Part shown: positions 1-12,197 of the stretch, piece after piece
Layout: each line of letters opens with the position of its first letter
Position numbering within the stretch: the stretch's first letter is position 1
DNA from: Balanoglossus misakiensis
Lineage: Eukaryota; Animalia; Hemichordata
Direction: 5' to 3'
Assembly (NCBI GenBank): GCA_040954595.2
Contig: CM082583.2
Coordinates: 2,180,925-2,244,924 of the forward strand
Length of the DNA stretch: 64,000 bases
Notes under the pieces: model-generated
What the model saw: only the letters and a program-made list of their open reading frames with translations
The model's database searches: none
What the model was told of the DNA's origin: nothing
Translations under genes and position numbers: made by a program

Positions 1-449
1 ATGTGTGTAACTGCCCTTGTTATTGTTGTCAGATGAATTCTAGTCTGGACTTGAATTAAAATTTGGCGCAATAATAATGCTGACTATACTTGTAGGCTGT
101 GTTTATAAATATAAGCTGGATACTGGGCACTTCATCAAGTTTCAGGGATTTGAACAAGAAACTGCAGTATACACACAAAAACGTACTGAAAACATAGCCA
201 GAAGTTGCAGCTAATGGAGTTTTTAATTGCCACAGCTTGTGTTTTATTGTGGATTGTATGACACCATGAAATTATATATAAAAGCTTGTTCTCACTAAAA
301 GTTTCGACACCGGTTCGGTTTAGACAGGTTTTACTACATAATAATTAAGTGAAACTAAATATGACAGCATAATTATAATTACAAAAGTCTACTGGCATGA
401 TGATAATGCGTGTGAAATAACGGTGTGTGATCCCTCATATCATTTTCAG

Positions 450-593
450 GTCCAGTGGCCAGCTTCTTCTCAAACAAGTATGGGCATCGCATCACAGCCT
501 TCCCTGGTGCAGCTCTGTCAACCTTCGGTCTCTTTGTATCGGGTTTTAATAAAAGTGTGGGATTTTTGTGTTTCAGCTACGGTATTCTGACAG
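450..593 (+). CDS. Internal coding exon of an SLC16/monocarboxylate-transporter-like MFS gene (TM2-TM4 region)
   Basis: Acceptor cattttcAG at 448-449 and donor cag|GTgagt at 594; 144 nt, phase 1/1. Translates (G)PVASFFSNKYGHRITAFPGAALSTFGLFVSGFNKSVGFLCFSYGILT(G), matching the MCT pattern GPxxSxLxN(R/K)(F/Y)GxR...YG(I/V)xxG. No downstream exon recognised in the window. Confidence 0.85.
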
Positions 594-667
594 GTGAGTG
601 TTTTATGTACAGCACACAAAACACGGAAAACCGGGAACGCAAAGGAATATTGTATTTGTCCACATTT

Positions 668-2050
668 TTTTAGGTCCCATTGGTATTTACATATAATCCC
701 ATGATATCTTTCTTTGTTTGACGTCATCGTATACGAGTGGTTTTCGCAGAGCTGTGCAACTTCGAGCCGCAGGCGAGAAGTTGTACGCTTCCGCGAAAAC
801 CACGAGTATACGATGACGTTAAACAAAGAAAGATATCATGGGATTGTATATTTATCACATGAACAGTCTTCTTATTTTTCGTTAGAAGAGGCAGGACTAA
901 AAAAATTCAGTATCTTGCAACAATTTTGGAGCGGCGTCATATTTTACTGAGCAGGATTATTTCCCCCAGGAGATATATGTTGGGTGATTTTATGAATGAT
1001 CAGCGATAGTCCATCATTTGCATATACGTTGAGTTCCGTTCGCTCGAAGTTCGGCCTTACACAAATGTAATCGATTCTCTAACAATTTTACTGCAACCTG
1101 TTGCCACGTTGACCGGTGGAATAGAGAGGTTCAGTCGTCACGCTGAACTGGCTCGAAACAATTCCCCACGCTGATTCGACTCGGAACGTACCGGACTTGC
1201 GCCTAGACTAGGCTATGTGTACCTGACCCAAAACTTTGACAGCCACGATCGTCTATGATCGTTGCGTCGACTGTCTTCTTTCCAAATTCCACCTTTCTGT
1301 TTTGAGCTTACAAAGCGATATTGTCATGGAACCGTCATTTTTTTATTTCATTTCTGTATTGTAAATGCCGCGCGCTACACATACTGTTTCTGTTTGACAA
1401 CAAAGCTACGGCGAATCGGTGGAAATAGTTCCGGTTGATGACGTAACACAGGGGTGATCTGGATTTTTGATCTGTCCTGGTCTACGTCACACAGGTGGCG
1501 ATCAGGGCCAGTTCATGTGATAAAGGCATATACACCATGGGACCTTTATGGGATCGGTTGCGTCTGTATGTATGGATGGATGGATGGATGGATGTATGTC
1601 TGAATGTCCGTCCACATCACAAACATGAAAACCGCTGCGCATATGACCTCGATATTTGGTGTGTAGATGAAGGCAGGGCTGTAGATGGGAGTTTGTTCAA
1701 ATGAAGTTGTCATTGCCAAAAATATGCAAATTAACTGGGGAAAATGTGAAATTGGTAAAAACTCGACAACCACTGGTCATATCGATTTGAAAATTGGTAT
1801 GCATGTACATGTACCTTATGTCAACCTCATACAGTCCTGTATGTTTTGAGCTAATATTATTGATTTCCTATTTTTTATGCATTTTTTTGTATTTTTCTAT
1901 GTTATTGGTAAAAAGTCTTCATTTCTGAAAGTGATTTCAAAATCTGTTAGGCCGATCAACTCCAACTTTGGTGTGTAGCTAGCCTAGCATTTGATAATCA
2001 TTTGAAGCGAAAAAAAATATATGAAAAATCGACCGATTTTTTTATATTAA
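668..2050 (+). mobile_element. HINE/DINE-1-like non-autonomous Helentron element, copy 1 (5' part), interrupted by a hairpin MITE
   Basis: T-run + aggtcccattggtat ... accatgggacct 5' hairpin, then a (GGAT/GTAT)n microsatellite at 1567-1598 and a core shared with copies at 2750-3060, 40300-40517(-) and 48650-48775(-). Confidence 0.65.
687..1524. mobile_element. Crypton-like non-autonomous hairpin element A
   Basis: ~160-bp near-perfect palindrome (691-851) centred on cgagccgcaggcgag, followed by a segment bounded by inverted repeats tttatcacatgaac (852) / gttcatgtgataaa (1511-1524). No classical TSD. Crypton assignment is inference. Confidence 0.55.
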
Positions 2051-2073
2051 TTTTTTTTAGGTCCCATTTGTAT

Positions 2074-2734
2074 TTAAATAATAACACATGATAGCGAGGG
2101 CAATATCACGATTTGAAGCCTGCACGAGGGATGGTGATCTCTGACCATAATATTGATGATGCCCGAGCCGCAGGCGAGGGTATCATCAATATTGTGGTCA
2201 GAGATCACCAGCCCGAGGGCAGGCTTCAAATCGTGATGTTGCCCGAGCATAATGTGTTATTAATTTTATTACGCCGAACATTTGAACGTACATACACTGC
2301 AGCATGTAGCATGTAGACTCGCGTCCATATGTCGTACGTTGCTGAGAATGTAAAATGTCTCGATCTCCCAAGAATTATACGATACCTACTTCGAACTTAG
2401 ATTATTTTGAAAATACTGCGCTGTTGGTTGCGATTTTGGTGTATTTACTGCCCGTTTGCAGTAAAATATCATCCAGTTGAACAGGTGTTAAGCCTGTGTG
2501 TCGCTTTGAAGCCATATAGATGCGGGAGTTGACTGATCGTGAAGGAAGCCATTGAACGACAGTTTGGAACGCGCAGAAGTCGCGCGCAGAACACCAAAAC
2601 AACCCAGCGGGCAATATCAGCGCACGCGACAGGGCTTTATCAACTCTAGCCATGTTATATCACTTTTTTTTCTATATCACGTGAGCGCGTCTCAGCCAAT
2701 CACGAAAACGGTATAATACGTGAGGTGTAATAAA
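2074..2734. mobile_element. Crypton-like non-autonomous hairpin element B (different family from A)
   Basis: ~185-bp palindrome (2078-2262) centred on cgagccgcaggcgag, then a segment bounded by tttattacgcc (2264) / ggtgtaataaa (2724-2734). Inserted at the same HINE hairpin position as element A. Confidence 0.55.
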
Positions 2735-4079
2735 GGTATATATACCATATACCATGGGACCTTATGGGATGGGTTGCGTCTGTATGTATGGATGGATGGA
2801 TGGATGTATGTCTGTCCACATCAAAAACTTGAAAACCACTGCACCTATCACCTCAATATTTGGTGTGTAGGTGCAGGCAGGGCTGTAGATGGGAGTTTGT
2901 CCAAATGATGTTGCCAGGCCCAAAAATATGCAAATTAGCCTGTAAAATGTGAAATTTTTCAAAACTCTGAAAGTCAACAACTACTGATCAGATTCCTTTA
3001 AAAATTGGTATGCATGTACCTTATGTGAACCTCACACCGACCTGTAAGTGTTTAGTTAATATCATGGATGATTTATTTTTTATGAATTTTTTAGTCTTTT
3101 TCAATATTTTAGGTAAAAAAAAAAAAATTCTGAAAGTCATGGGCCAATTTAAGTCATTTTGGGTCAATTTGTTGCTTTTTGTATGCATATTTGTAATTTT
3201 GGGGATATTTGGTCAAAAATCATTTTCTCTAAAACCGCTTGTTATATTCCTTAGAAATTTGGCAGGCATGGTTCTGGGGTTAACCAAGGTAAGGTGTTGT
3301 AAAACTATGTTACATCGTTTTTGTGTAATCTGTTCCCTGAAATGTCCAGTCCTAAGTGCAATCTCTCCTAGAGTGTACATGAGCTGATGATGTCACAGTT
3401 ATATTTGTGTATCGAAATAACCTTGGGGCAGTGTGGCACACACCATACTTATGTAGGTGTAGCAGCATTGGAAAGACTGCTTGATTTTCTGTAGTTCAAA
3501 GAACACACAGGAATAGCTCAAAACATGTGTTGGCATTATTGTAATAACTTTAGATCTGTTGCAATCTAAACATATTGTTTGCAATATTGCACTATATTAT
3601 TGTTGGCAAACCTCTCAGTGGCTGTTATCTGCTGACTTTGAACCCTAAAGTATCAAGCTACTGTTGCCAGCAATGTGAGGGAGTACTGGCAGTGCCAGGA
3701 ACAGCCTAATGAGCAGCCACTTCCTGTCATTGTTTTGGAACAGTTAGAGACTTAGCCAGCACTTTTTGTCAAATCAAATTGAAGGTAATTATATTACATA
3801 TTTTATGTTTCAGGTGAAGTTTTTCATAGTGTTTCTCTATTTTGGAAGTCCTAGAACATGTGATGGTCATATTGATGTTGTAGTTTCAATTACTCCTATA
3901 AAAATGATGGAAATATATGTTGTGTGAGTATGTTACAATTCAGCAATTCTACATGTTACATTTTTGCCAGGCTTTTACTTGCATATTATCCAGGCAGTTT
4001 CAAGTTGTCTAACCAATGATGTTAAAATGCTGTTATTGATATTATCACACTGTTGTCTTTTGCTACTAAGGTCAGAATT

Positions 4080-6254
4080 ATGCCAAGGAAAAAGAATTGG
4101 AGAAAATCAGCTGTGAAAAAATCGGTATGTGTGTATTTGCATACTATAAAATAGTACATGCAAGTAACCTTTAAAAAAACACATGATTACATACATCATC
4201 TGCAGTAATTCTGGTTATAATGCTGTCTGCATGCAGTCACATGAAACAGAAAATAGAGGTCTACCTTTGAGCATGTGAAAGTAGGTCAAGGTCATTGTTT
4301 GGTCGCAGGTAGGCTTTATCAGCTAGTCCATAATGATCAGTAAAATCGAAAGTATTGTTATTTCTGCGATTTTGCGTTATTGGTTTCTCATGTCACTGTG
4401 TTTGTTTTTGAAATACAAGGCAATGAATTTTGTGGATAATTAAGGAACACTGAGTCAGCATATTTAGTGATGGTTTATTTATGGGCAAAACATTTTGTGA
4501 AGTTTATCTAAAAAAATTACAGTGACCATACGATATTTGATGGATGCATTTATTTTTATTTGATTGAGCTATGAGTAAAATTTCATGGAAATAGTAGAAG
4601 TGAGTTTTATAGCTGTACTTAATGTAATCATATGGAAAAAGTCATATGCGCACACATTTTCCCAGTTTTGAAGTTTGTTTTAAACTTGGTAGTTTCAGAG
4701 TAGATAGAGGGTACGTTCAACTTTCCAGACTCAATTTGTCAGGTAAAGTGTATGGTTTCAAAAGGTTCAACTGAAAAAGATTTATTAGAAAAAGTTTTAT
4801 TTGATATGGAACCTTGTAAAAAGGCGAGGTTTGTAGGCGATATAATTTCAATGCTGCAATGACCTTTCGAATAAAGATTGTAAACATAAGAAAGTGTAAG
4901 ACACAATGTTATGGAAGGTAGTTTGATAAGGTGGTGTGACAATAGCCATGTTACTAATTTGTGCAATGTCTTTGTCCACATGTGATATAAAAATATAATG
5001 CAAGTAGCTAAATTTTGCAAATTGTATTGAAATTACAACAAATTTATACAAAAGCTTAATTGAACACATTTGCAATGTACATTCTAGTGATAGTACTTAT
5101 ATCTACATGATACACACAAAACCAATTTGAATATGACACAAAATTGACCTGTCATTGGCTGTCATCGTCATAGTACTCATCAGGGGTCAAATAAGGACAA
5201 GTGATGGAAATTAATGTAACTGTATGTTATGGTTACAAGTATGTCATGTGTACCAACACCCATGTAAAATAGCGCGATTCATGTGAAATATATACAAATC
5301 ATGTAAGCGCTAATTCTCTCTTTTCTGTGTTATTCCTCAACAGGCTGATGGACCAATCATATCAGCTGGGTCTGATTCTGGTTTGGGTGGATCCAGTAAG
5401 GTAAAACACCCTGTGCTACAAGCGACATTCAATAAGTCAGATTCATACGGCAATGCCAATAACAGTATGTCAATATCCTCAAGCATAGAACCATACAGCA
5501 ATAATATGTGTATATCTTCAAGTACCATTATTTTTAGTTTTAATACTACTCAATCGGTTACAACCTTCAATAAGAATTCTTCGACCAGTGTGTCAAATCA
5601 AAATTCCTCTTGTATATACTACAGTGCAAATGATGCACATGACAAACAAGAATTATACTCTTCTCACAATAGTCACACTTTACACTGGGAAAGTTACACA
5701 ATAGACAGTGTACTCCAAGGTAGTTTTCATCAAGGCAATGATATTTTTAGCATAAATTCATGAGGTAGACAATGTACTTGTAATGCCCTTGCTTTCCTTT
5801 GCATATCAAAAGAAAGAGAGATGACATTGACATCTAATGACTTAGATCACATTTTACATGCTGGTGATAATTTGTACATTAAAACCACAAATGACCTCAG
5901 AGCAAGTAATAAACTATTTTCTGAAATACTAATGTTTGATGAATTGCCAAATATTGTTTACATGAATTCTGTGCAGTACAATATTACACAAGGAAGACTG
6001 TACTTTGGTATGTTAGACTGTATGTCTGACTATGATGAACAAGGATGTATATGGTGTTCAGAGATGCTATGATTAACATGTTCAATTCTAGTAACTCAGT
6101 TATGTTAACACTTAGTGGCTACAGCATGGCCCTTTCTGCAACAGATGGTAAATACTTCCTATTTGATTCTCATAGTCGAAACTCACATGGTTTCCAATGT
6201 TCTGACGGTTCAAGTATTTTATTGAGTTTTGAGACTCTAAATGATTTAATATGA
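4080..6254 (+). pseudogene. Helitron-borne herpesvirus tegument deubiquitinase-like (peptidase C76-like) gene remnant
   Basis: Putative exon 1 at 4080-4124 (MPRKKNWRKSAVKKS|GTatgt); exon 2 from 5344 (caacAG|) in frame. Motifs QGSFHQG...NS*GRQCTCNAL, DLDHILHAGDNLY, LMFDELP and YFLFDSHSRNSHG. In-frame TGA at 5761 and a frameshift near 6045. Confidence 0.75.
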
Positions 6255-6285
6255 TCTAATGATTTCATAACCTTAACTTCAATAG

Positions 6286-8183
6286 CATGACACCTACACA
6301 CCCCTAGTTGAAGTCCTGTAACAACCTAACGACTATTTCAACATCATGGTGAAGATCCTAAGGGTGAGTACTACAACATTTCCCTTGCCCAATACTAAAT
6401 GCATCGTCCACCAAACAAACACGCCCCGCAATATTTCCAGCGTATGTCGTACCGCATGCTCCTGCACGTGTACACGATCGATCACCTGCTACCTCTGTAT
6501 GTACACACCCGCCGTTGTCGTTATCGTTACACCTTAAACTATTGTGTATATTTCTGCGCAACATAAAATTCAGAAAAGTGTCAAAATGTAGCGATAGCAT
6601 GCACATGCTATCATTTATTACAACAAATAATGACAACATTTCGCCATTTACCCGGTACATGTAAACTTCAGTTGGTGTGTACTTGTGCGCTCAATGCCAA
6701 TGGAACTACGGGTACGAGCCCATCTTTTCATACACACTTATCATGGTTATAGCCGTGCAAGACTTCATAGACTCCAAACGGGCACGCTTACCGGACAGAT
6801 CGTGACCGCAACTTCTAAGTTGCAATTCCGTGTTATCGGGGCAATTTTCCTCCTGTGCCTACCTCTACAATGTGACTCGCTTCAGAGATCATTCGATAGT
6901 TCTCCTCGCTCTCTGTAACTTTTGTTTGTTTACCCATGGACATCGCCATATTGTACACAACGACCACTGAGTCATGGGACGTTGGGAGAATTTAATCGCG
7001 TCATCATGTTGCAGGCTCCATGTTGTGGTCGGTGTTCATCACTAATCATGTATCCATGCCTTCTATTCCATACAGGTGCAGGACACCAAACAGCCTTCGA
7101 ACAACAGCCTACGGAGACGTACGTTGGTTGTCGCCGACAACACATCACAGTACAAAGTGACTGTTTGGAACGCACTTACAGACCACCCATCACTAGCTAT
7201 TAACAACACAATCATAATCACCAATGTAAAAAAATCTGCTAACTACTCAAGGCTAACAACCCGATATCAAAGTGAAATCAAGGTAAGCCATCAACTTCCA
7301 TCCACTGCAAAGGTCAAGACATCCCTATAATGGACTACATGCCCCAACCTACAAACTCTACATCTGCCAATAACCATGACCTTCAAAAGTATCACTGTTC
7401 ATTCCTTCTGTGACATCTATACCTTAATTATACCTGTATCACATAAAACATATATCTCTTTAACATCAACAGATACCAAATCAACAACAACTGGACAACT
7501 ATGAACATGCTGTAAAAGACGATGTCACTGAAGACTCGGACAGTGATGCCCACTGGACATCTGGAGCAATCCAGGCCATCACATCAGTCGAAAAAAAACA
7601 CCAGAATGCACCAATGTACAATGCATTGGAGTTATTGGTGACAATGGGAGGTACGTGCACACCACAGTACAATATTTCACCCGCAATTCTCAGTGACTTG
7701 TATTTAAAAGAAAATGACATGACGTACTTATACATTTATCTATTTCTATGTATATCTAAGAAAAGTACCTTCAGGAATTACAATTTAGAGTGAACATTCC
7801 AAAATCAAAATTTAAAAGCCATAGCAATCAACGCATTTATGCATAATAATTTCTTAAATCATTTGAAATGGTTATTGGTAATTGAATTGGTAATTAACAA
7901 TAACTCTCTCCGTCATGTTTTTGGCAGATGCCGCATGTGCAAACAACATAAATCACCGACAGTGCGTATGGGCTATGTGGTACAGTTTATGGTCACAACG
8001 TGCTCAACACAGATCTACACAATCTACCCACGCGTGACTAGATACCTGCTTCGCCATCTGCATATTTCCACAACCAACAAGACACCCGACCAACTTCAGC
8101 AAGCAATCACGGACAGATTAATTTCACCGATACCTCTTAAGTTCAAAGCTCACAACCGCATCATTGTTGAAGCAAAATTCTGA
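6286..8183 (+). pseudogene. Spliced RPA/OB-fold ssDNA-binding protein gene remnant (Helentron accessory gene)
   Basis: GT-AG exons at 6286-6363, 7076-7282, 7473-7650 and 7928-8183 give YTPLVEVL*QPNDYFNIMVKILR|VQDTK...RRTLVVADNTSQYKVTVWN...IIITNVK (OB fold), plus CTNVQC...CRMC (RPA70-C-like Zn ribbon) if one A is added to the run at 7591-7598. Confidence 0.6.
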
Positions 8184-9866
8184 ACTCAACTGGTTTCCTC
8201 ATTTACAAACAGCACATTATTTTCTCCTGTTATTTTGTTGTAATGTTGTACTCAAACTCTAAACATCAGCGCATATATGCCAATTGTACGACCATTACAT
8301 ACAGTTATTATTTTTTTGTTTTATTTTGTTTTTGTTATTTATTGTAAGGTTGTAGTCTTATTTCCAACAGCCGTATTTTTTTTGTTTTGTTTTTTTTCCG
8401 CTTTTTTTGTTGCAATGTGTAATCTAACTTTCAAATACACGTACATGTATACAGGTTAGGCAGACACCATACTGCTTGCAGATGCACAGGCATCATCTCA
8501 TAATGTGACGTTTCATTTGTTGAACAAAATCATAACATATGTCATTTTAACTTTGCCCCTCCCACTGCCAACCGGGCCCCCTCCTCCATCCAAATACATT
8601 GTACATGTAAGATATTTGGTTGCCATTCTGAAATATTGCTAAACAAATAGGTAGTTCTACATTGATCCCAGTCTTCAGTTTATCATTCATCATTCATTCG
8701 TCATATTTTTGTTTACTTATTTGTTTATACTTTATGCTGTATGTGTTGTCAGTATTGCTGTCTGGAACAACCATTGATGCAGCTGTTAATTTCTCTGTCA
8801 GAAGACACTTTTTTGAATCTTTACCATTTTCTTTGTTATGTTTGAAAACACTTCCACGCAACCACACTCTCAAAGGAGACCTCATAAATTAACATCATTA
8901 GAAAACACACACACATGGCTGGTGCAGGCACATCAGCTGAAAAGCAGTGTGTACATGCATATTTCAGGAGTGAAAAGAAACCTGTATTGCTTTGATTGAC
9001 TCATTTTCTGTGCATTATTTCCTTGTTTTTGTTGTTGCTTTGTTTGTTGCAATATTCCAGCAGCAGTATTTTTTTGTTAGATTTCTGTTTTTGTATGTTC
9101 AATAAAAAATATTTCACAAAATTATCACTATCGTCATAGTTTCCCTTCAGTCTTGCATTATCCACTCCACAGTAGTCCAGTACTCTTTTCGGTAGCTTGT
9201 GGTCCACAGTTTGATATCAGACTAAATCCATACAGTCCCTTCGGCTTGCAACGACGAAGCCATACAAATGTACAAAATACACAACCAATATGCTTTGCGC
9301 CAATGTATGTGATTAAATATTCCACTGCAAATCTGTTTCTGGCCAATCCTCAAATGGGACCACAGTGTCCTTGACGCTATTTTTTAAATTTATACCTCTA
9401 TAGTTAAGCTATGTCCACGTCTTATTGTGGAATTCTGGTCTGTGCAATGGTCTTGTATAGTTACTGGCTATTGGCCAGTGAGCAGAATGGGACCAAAATA
9501 AAAGGCAAAATTTTAGGCTCACCTGTAACACCTGCTTAACTCATTAAATATTTGCATACCTAATTCCTGGCTAACAAATAGGGCTAGAGGTTTCGTTCTT
9601 GTGGGACATGGACAAGTATGGGGTCAACATTTGTTGCCCAAATTTTGGGTGACCTCAGGTGACCTTTGACCTACTTTCCTATATCTAAGCACCTAGAGCA
9701 GGTACAGACATGGCATTTGGAGGGTTGGGACTACAATCGAAAAGCCAAATTGGGGGTCACCTGTGACACCTGCTCATCTCATTAATTATGTACATACCTA
9801 ATTCTGGGCTAACTAATAGGGCAAGAGGTTTTGTTCTTAAACAAGAGTCTTGGCTGGCGAAGATGG

Positions 9867-9975
9867 TTGCATCCGTTTCCTACCGAAGTTGTCGATTTGG
9901 AAACAAGGCGTAGATGGCAAAAACACATAAACAGAAAGGATCATGGGAAGGGGAATGATTGGACACCAAGATAAA
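9867..9975 (+). pseudogene. Decayed THAP-domain fragment (DNA transposon remnant)
   Basis: Manual translation LHPFPTEVVDLETRRRWQKHINRKDHGKGNDWTPR* fits the THAP FP...R..W...I.R....W.P pattern. Not in the ORF track. Confidence 0.5.
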
Positions 9976-11113
9976 AGAAGATCGTCGACTGAACACACTT
10001 GGCTACAATGATAGAAGCGGGAAAACCGTTTCGTGTTGAAAACCATGTTAAAGGTCTTCACAGCACGATTCCCGCTGTCAACGAATCTGGTGATCAGCAA
10101 TGCGGTAAGGATGACAATGCCACCCTACCAGCCTCAAACACATACCCGATTGATAGTGCTGAAATGCCTGTAACCGATTCTCCTATATTCGATGGCCATT
10201 CTGTCTGTAAATGTGAGCAAACACGGCCATTAATGAGGCCTATTGTTATTACGATTTTGAAAATCCTGATCTGATGCTAGGAAAGGGCAAGAGGGAAATT
10301 GAAATTGGGAATTAAGACAACATTCATGTGAGTAATCTTAGATGAGAAGTCAGAATTCATGAAAAGAAATTGTTGAAAAAGGAAAGGCATCCTCAGATTT
10401 ATTCACACGAATTTAATTATCGATTGAAGAAAGTTAAAGCTTCCCGCAGGGTTGCCAAATCGCAAACCGTTTGACTTTTATTTGATAGCTATGTTAAAGG
10501 ACAAATTGCCAAAAATATATGGGCCGTGAAAAAAACATTATCAGGGGTTGGCAGGTTTCAACGAAAGCCAAACAATTTAAGGACCACTCCATATCTTGGG
10601 GCCCAAAGATGAATACTTCATGACCCTGATGAAATTACGACCGGGAAGTGCTAAATGTAGATTTAGCTGTCCGTTTCGGTATAAGTGTCCTTTCTGTGAG
10701 CAAAATAATAAACACATGGGTACGGTTTCTATCCAAATAAATAAATAATCCCCATGCAGAGAAATACCAGTTCAACATTTGCCCATCATATTGCAAACGC
10801 TAACTATAGAAATATCTGCAGACACATCGTACCCAGTATTTACAGGGCAAAGGGGGGGGGGGGGGTTAAATTACAGAACAACGAACCTGTAATCACAGAT
10901 CGGACAGTATGAAGTTCTAGAAAGGGTATTATAGCAATTCTTTAAAATAACAGAGACAGTGAAAGAAAGTTTTGTAGGTATTGCCACTGAAAAATATTTC
11001 TTCACATTCACAAGGACATATCACATTGAGGCATAAGAATTAATAGACTGTCATTTTTTTGGCGGACACCCCAAATTTTCATGCAAAAATATTAGCCCCT
11101 CCTGGAAATCCTC

Positions 11114-11580
11114 CAATAATAATCACTGAGCGAAGCGAGGTGATTATTTCACCCAAATATGCTAATTTTCACCTGAGAGGTCTTATATCCGTACCAAATA
11201 CCCGAGCGCACCGTTTATAACCTCATTATAATATGATTTTGCTTGATAAAGATAAACAATTTCATTTTTTCAAATCCGTTGTTTGGTTGGGAATAAATCA
11301 TGCCAGTTCAAGGGCCTCGTCGCGCACTGTTCCAGAACACGCAATCTGAGCTCGTGCCAACGTGTCCTAGAAGTTCTAAAGTCACGCGATTTTATGCCAC
11401 CGCCAATAGGATTTATAAAGTGCGTTCTATTCAGGAGCGTTCCCTTCTACGTGTTCTATTTCGGTTACTTTTTTAAAACTATTCACTGTTCAGGGTCCAG
11501 GTACTAGGTCTTCTTGTCTAGAATATAAACCCCGGCTCCAGCCAATCAGCGAGCTGGATTCACACCAAGCATATTATAAT
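11114..11580. mobile_element. Crypton-like non-autonomous hairpin element C (5'-truncated at hairpin tip); the complementary arm of the same family lies at 20088-20180
   Basis: ataatcactgagcgaagcgaggtgattat hairpin tip; internal IR attataatatg (11224) / catattataat (11570-11580). 11140-11224 matches the reverse complement of 20088-20178. Confidence 0.5.
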
Positions 11581-12044
11581 TTCTGAATAAACCTTAAAGC
11601 TGCACAGTTGATGGCAAATACCATTTTGGGTATATTTGTATTTTGTGAAATAAACATCGATATACAAACCTTTAACATGAAAATAATTGCCCTACCCATG
11701 GACTCGGGTCAAATTTACAAGGACATATCACATTGAGGCATAAGAATTAATAAGGTTTTTTTTTTTCATAGCACCCCCCCCCCTTAAAAGACTGTCATTT
11801 TTTTTGGCAGACACCCCAAATTTTCATGCAAAAATATTAGCCCCTGGAAGTATTTTCTGAATAATCCTTAAGCAGACAGTAGCCTAATTAATATACACGC
11901 ATCATCATATGCATCACTACAATGAAACAGGTCATCCGCGAACGAGGCTGTAAGGCGTGACTTCCTGACCAGTATGCCAAATCGATCAGATACAAATAGC
12001 TTCACGTCGTGTAAACACCTCGCCGACTGATAAAACCCGCACCG

Positions 12045-12197
12045 CTCGGCAGCCATACACCCAACGCAATCTTGAACACGATCTGGCTAAATAACACCAA
12101 GTTGTTCGGCCTTAGAGGAAGCAACGAACATAGACAAATGAAATGGGGCGATGTGACAACAGCGACAGACGAAAATTTGGAACCTAATCTACAATGA
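12045..12197 (+). pseudogene. Crypton DUF3504 tyrosine-recombinase remnant
   Basis: Manual translation LGSHTPNAILNTIWLNNTKLFGLRGSNEHRQMKWGDVTTATDENLE, the DUF3504 FGLRG..EHR..WGD motif. Not in the ORF track. Confidence 0.7.

Larger units (their letters stand above)
2055..9385 (+). mobile_element. Internally deleted Helentron (Helitron2-type) derivative, RepHel missing
   Basis: HINE-type 5' end (ttttaggtcccat...atgggacc, GGAT microsatellite) and 3' end aaatgggaccacagtgtccttgacgctattttt at 9352-9385; the same 3' end occurs inverted at 30962-30995. Encloses DUB-like and OB-fold remnants typical of animal Helitron/Helentron cargo. Confidence 0.6.

Noticed and set aside
518-950. Mirror ORFs 518-826(-) and 714-950(+)
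   Set aside because: Artefacts of the DNA palindrome.
5700-6254. Endogenous herpesvirus insertion
   Set aside because: Only the DUB-like domain is present, inside Helentron-type ends, with no other viral genes.
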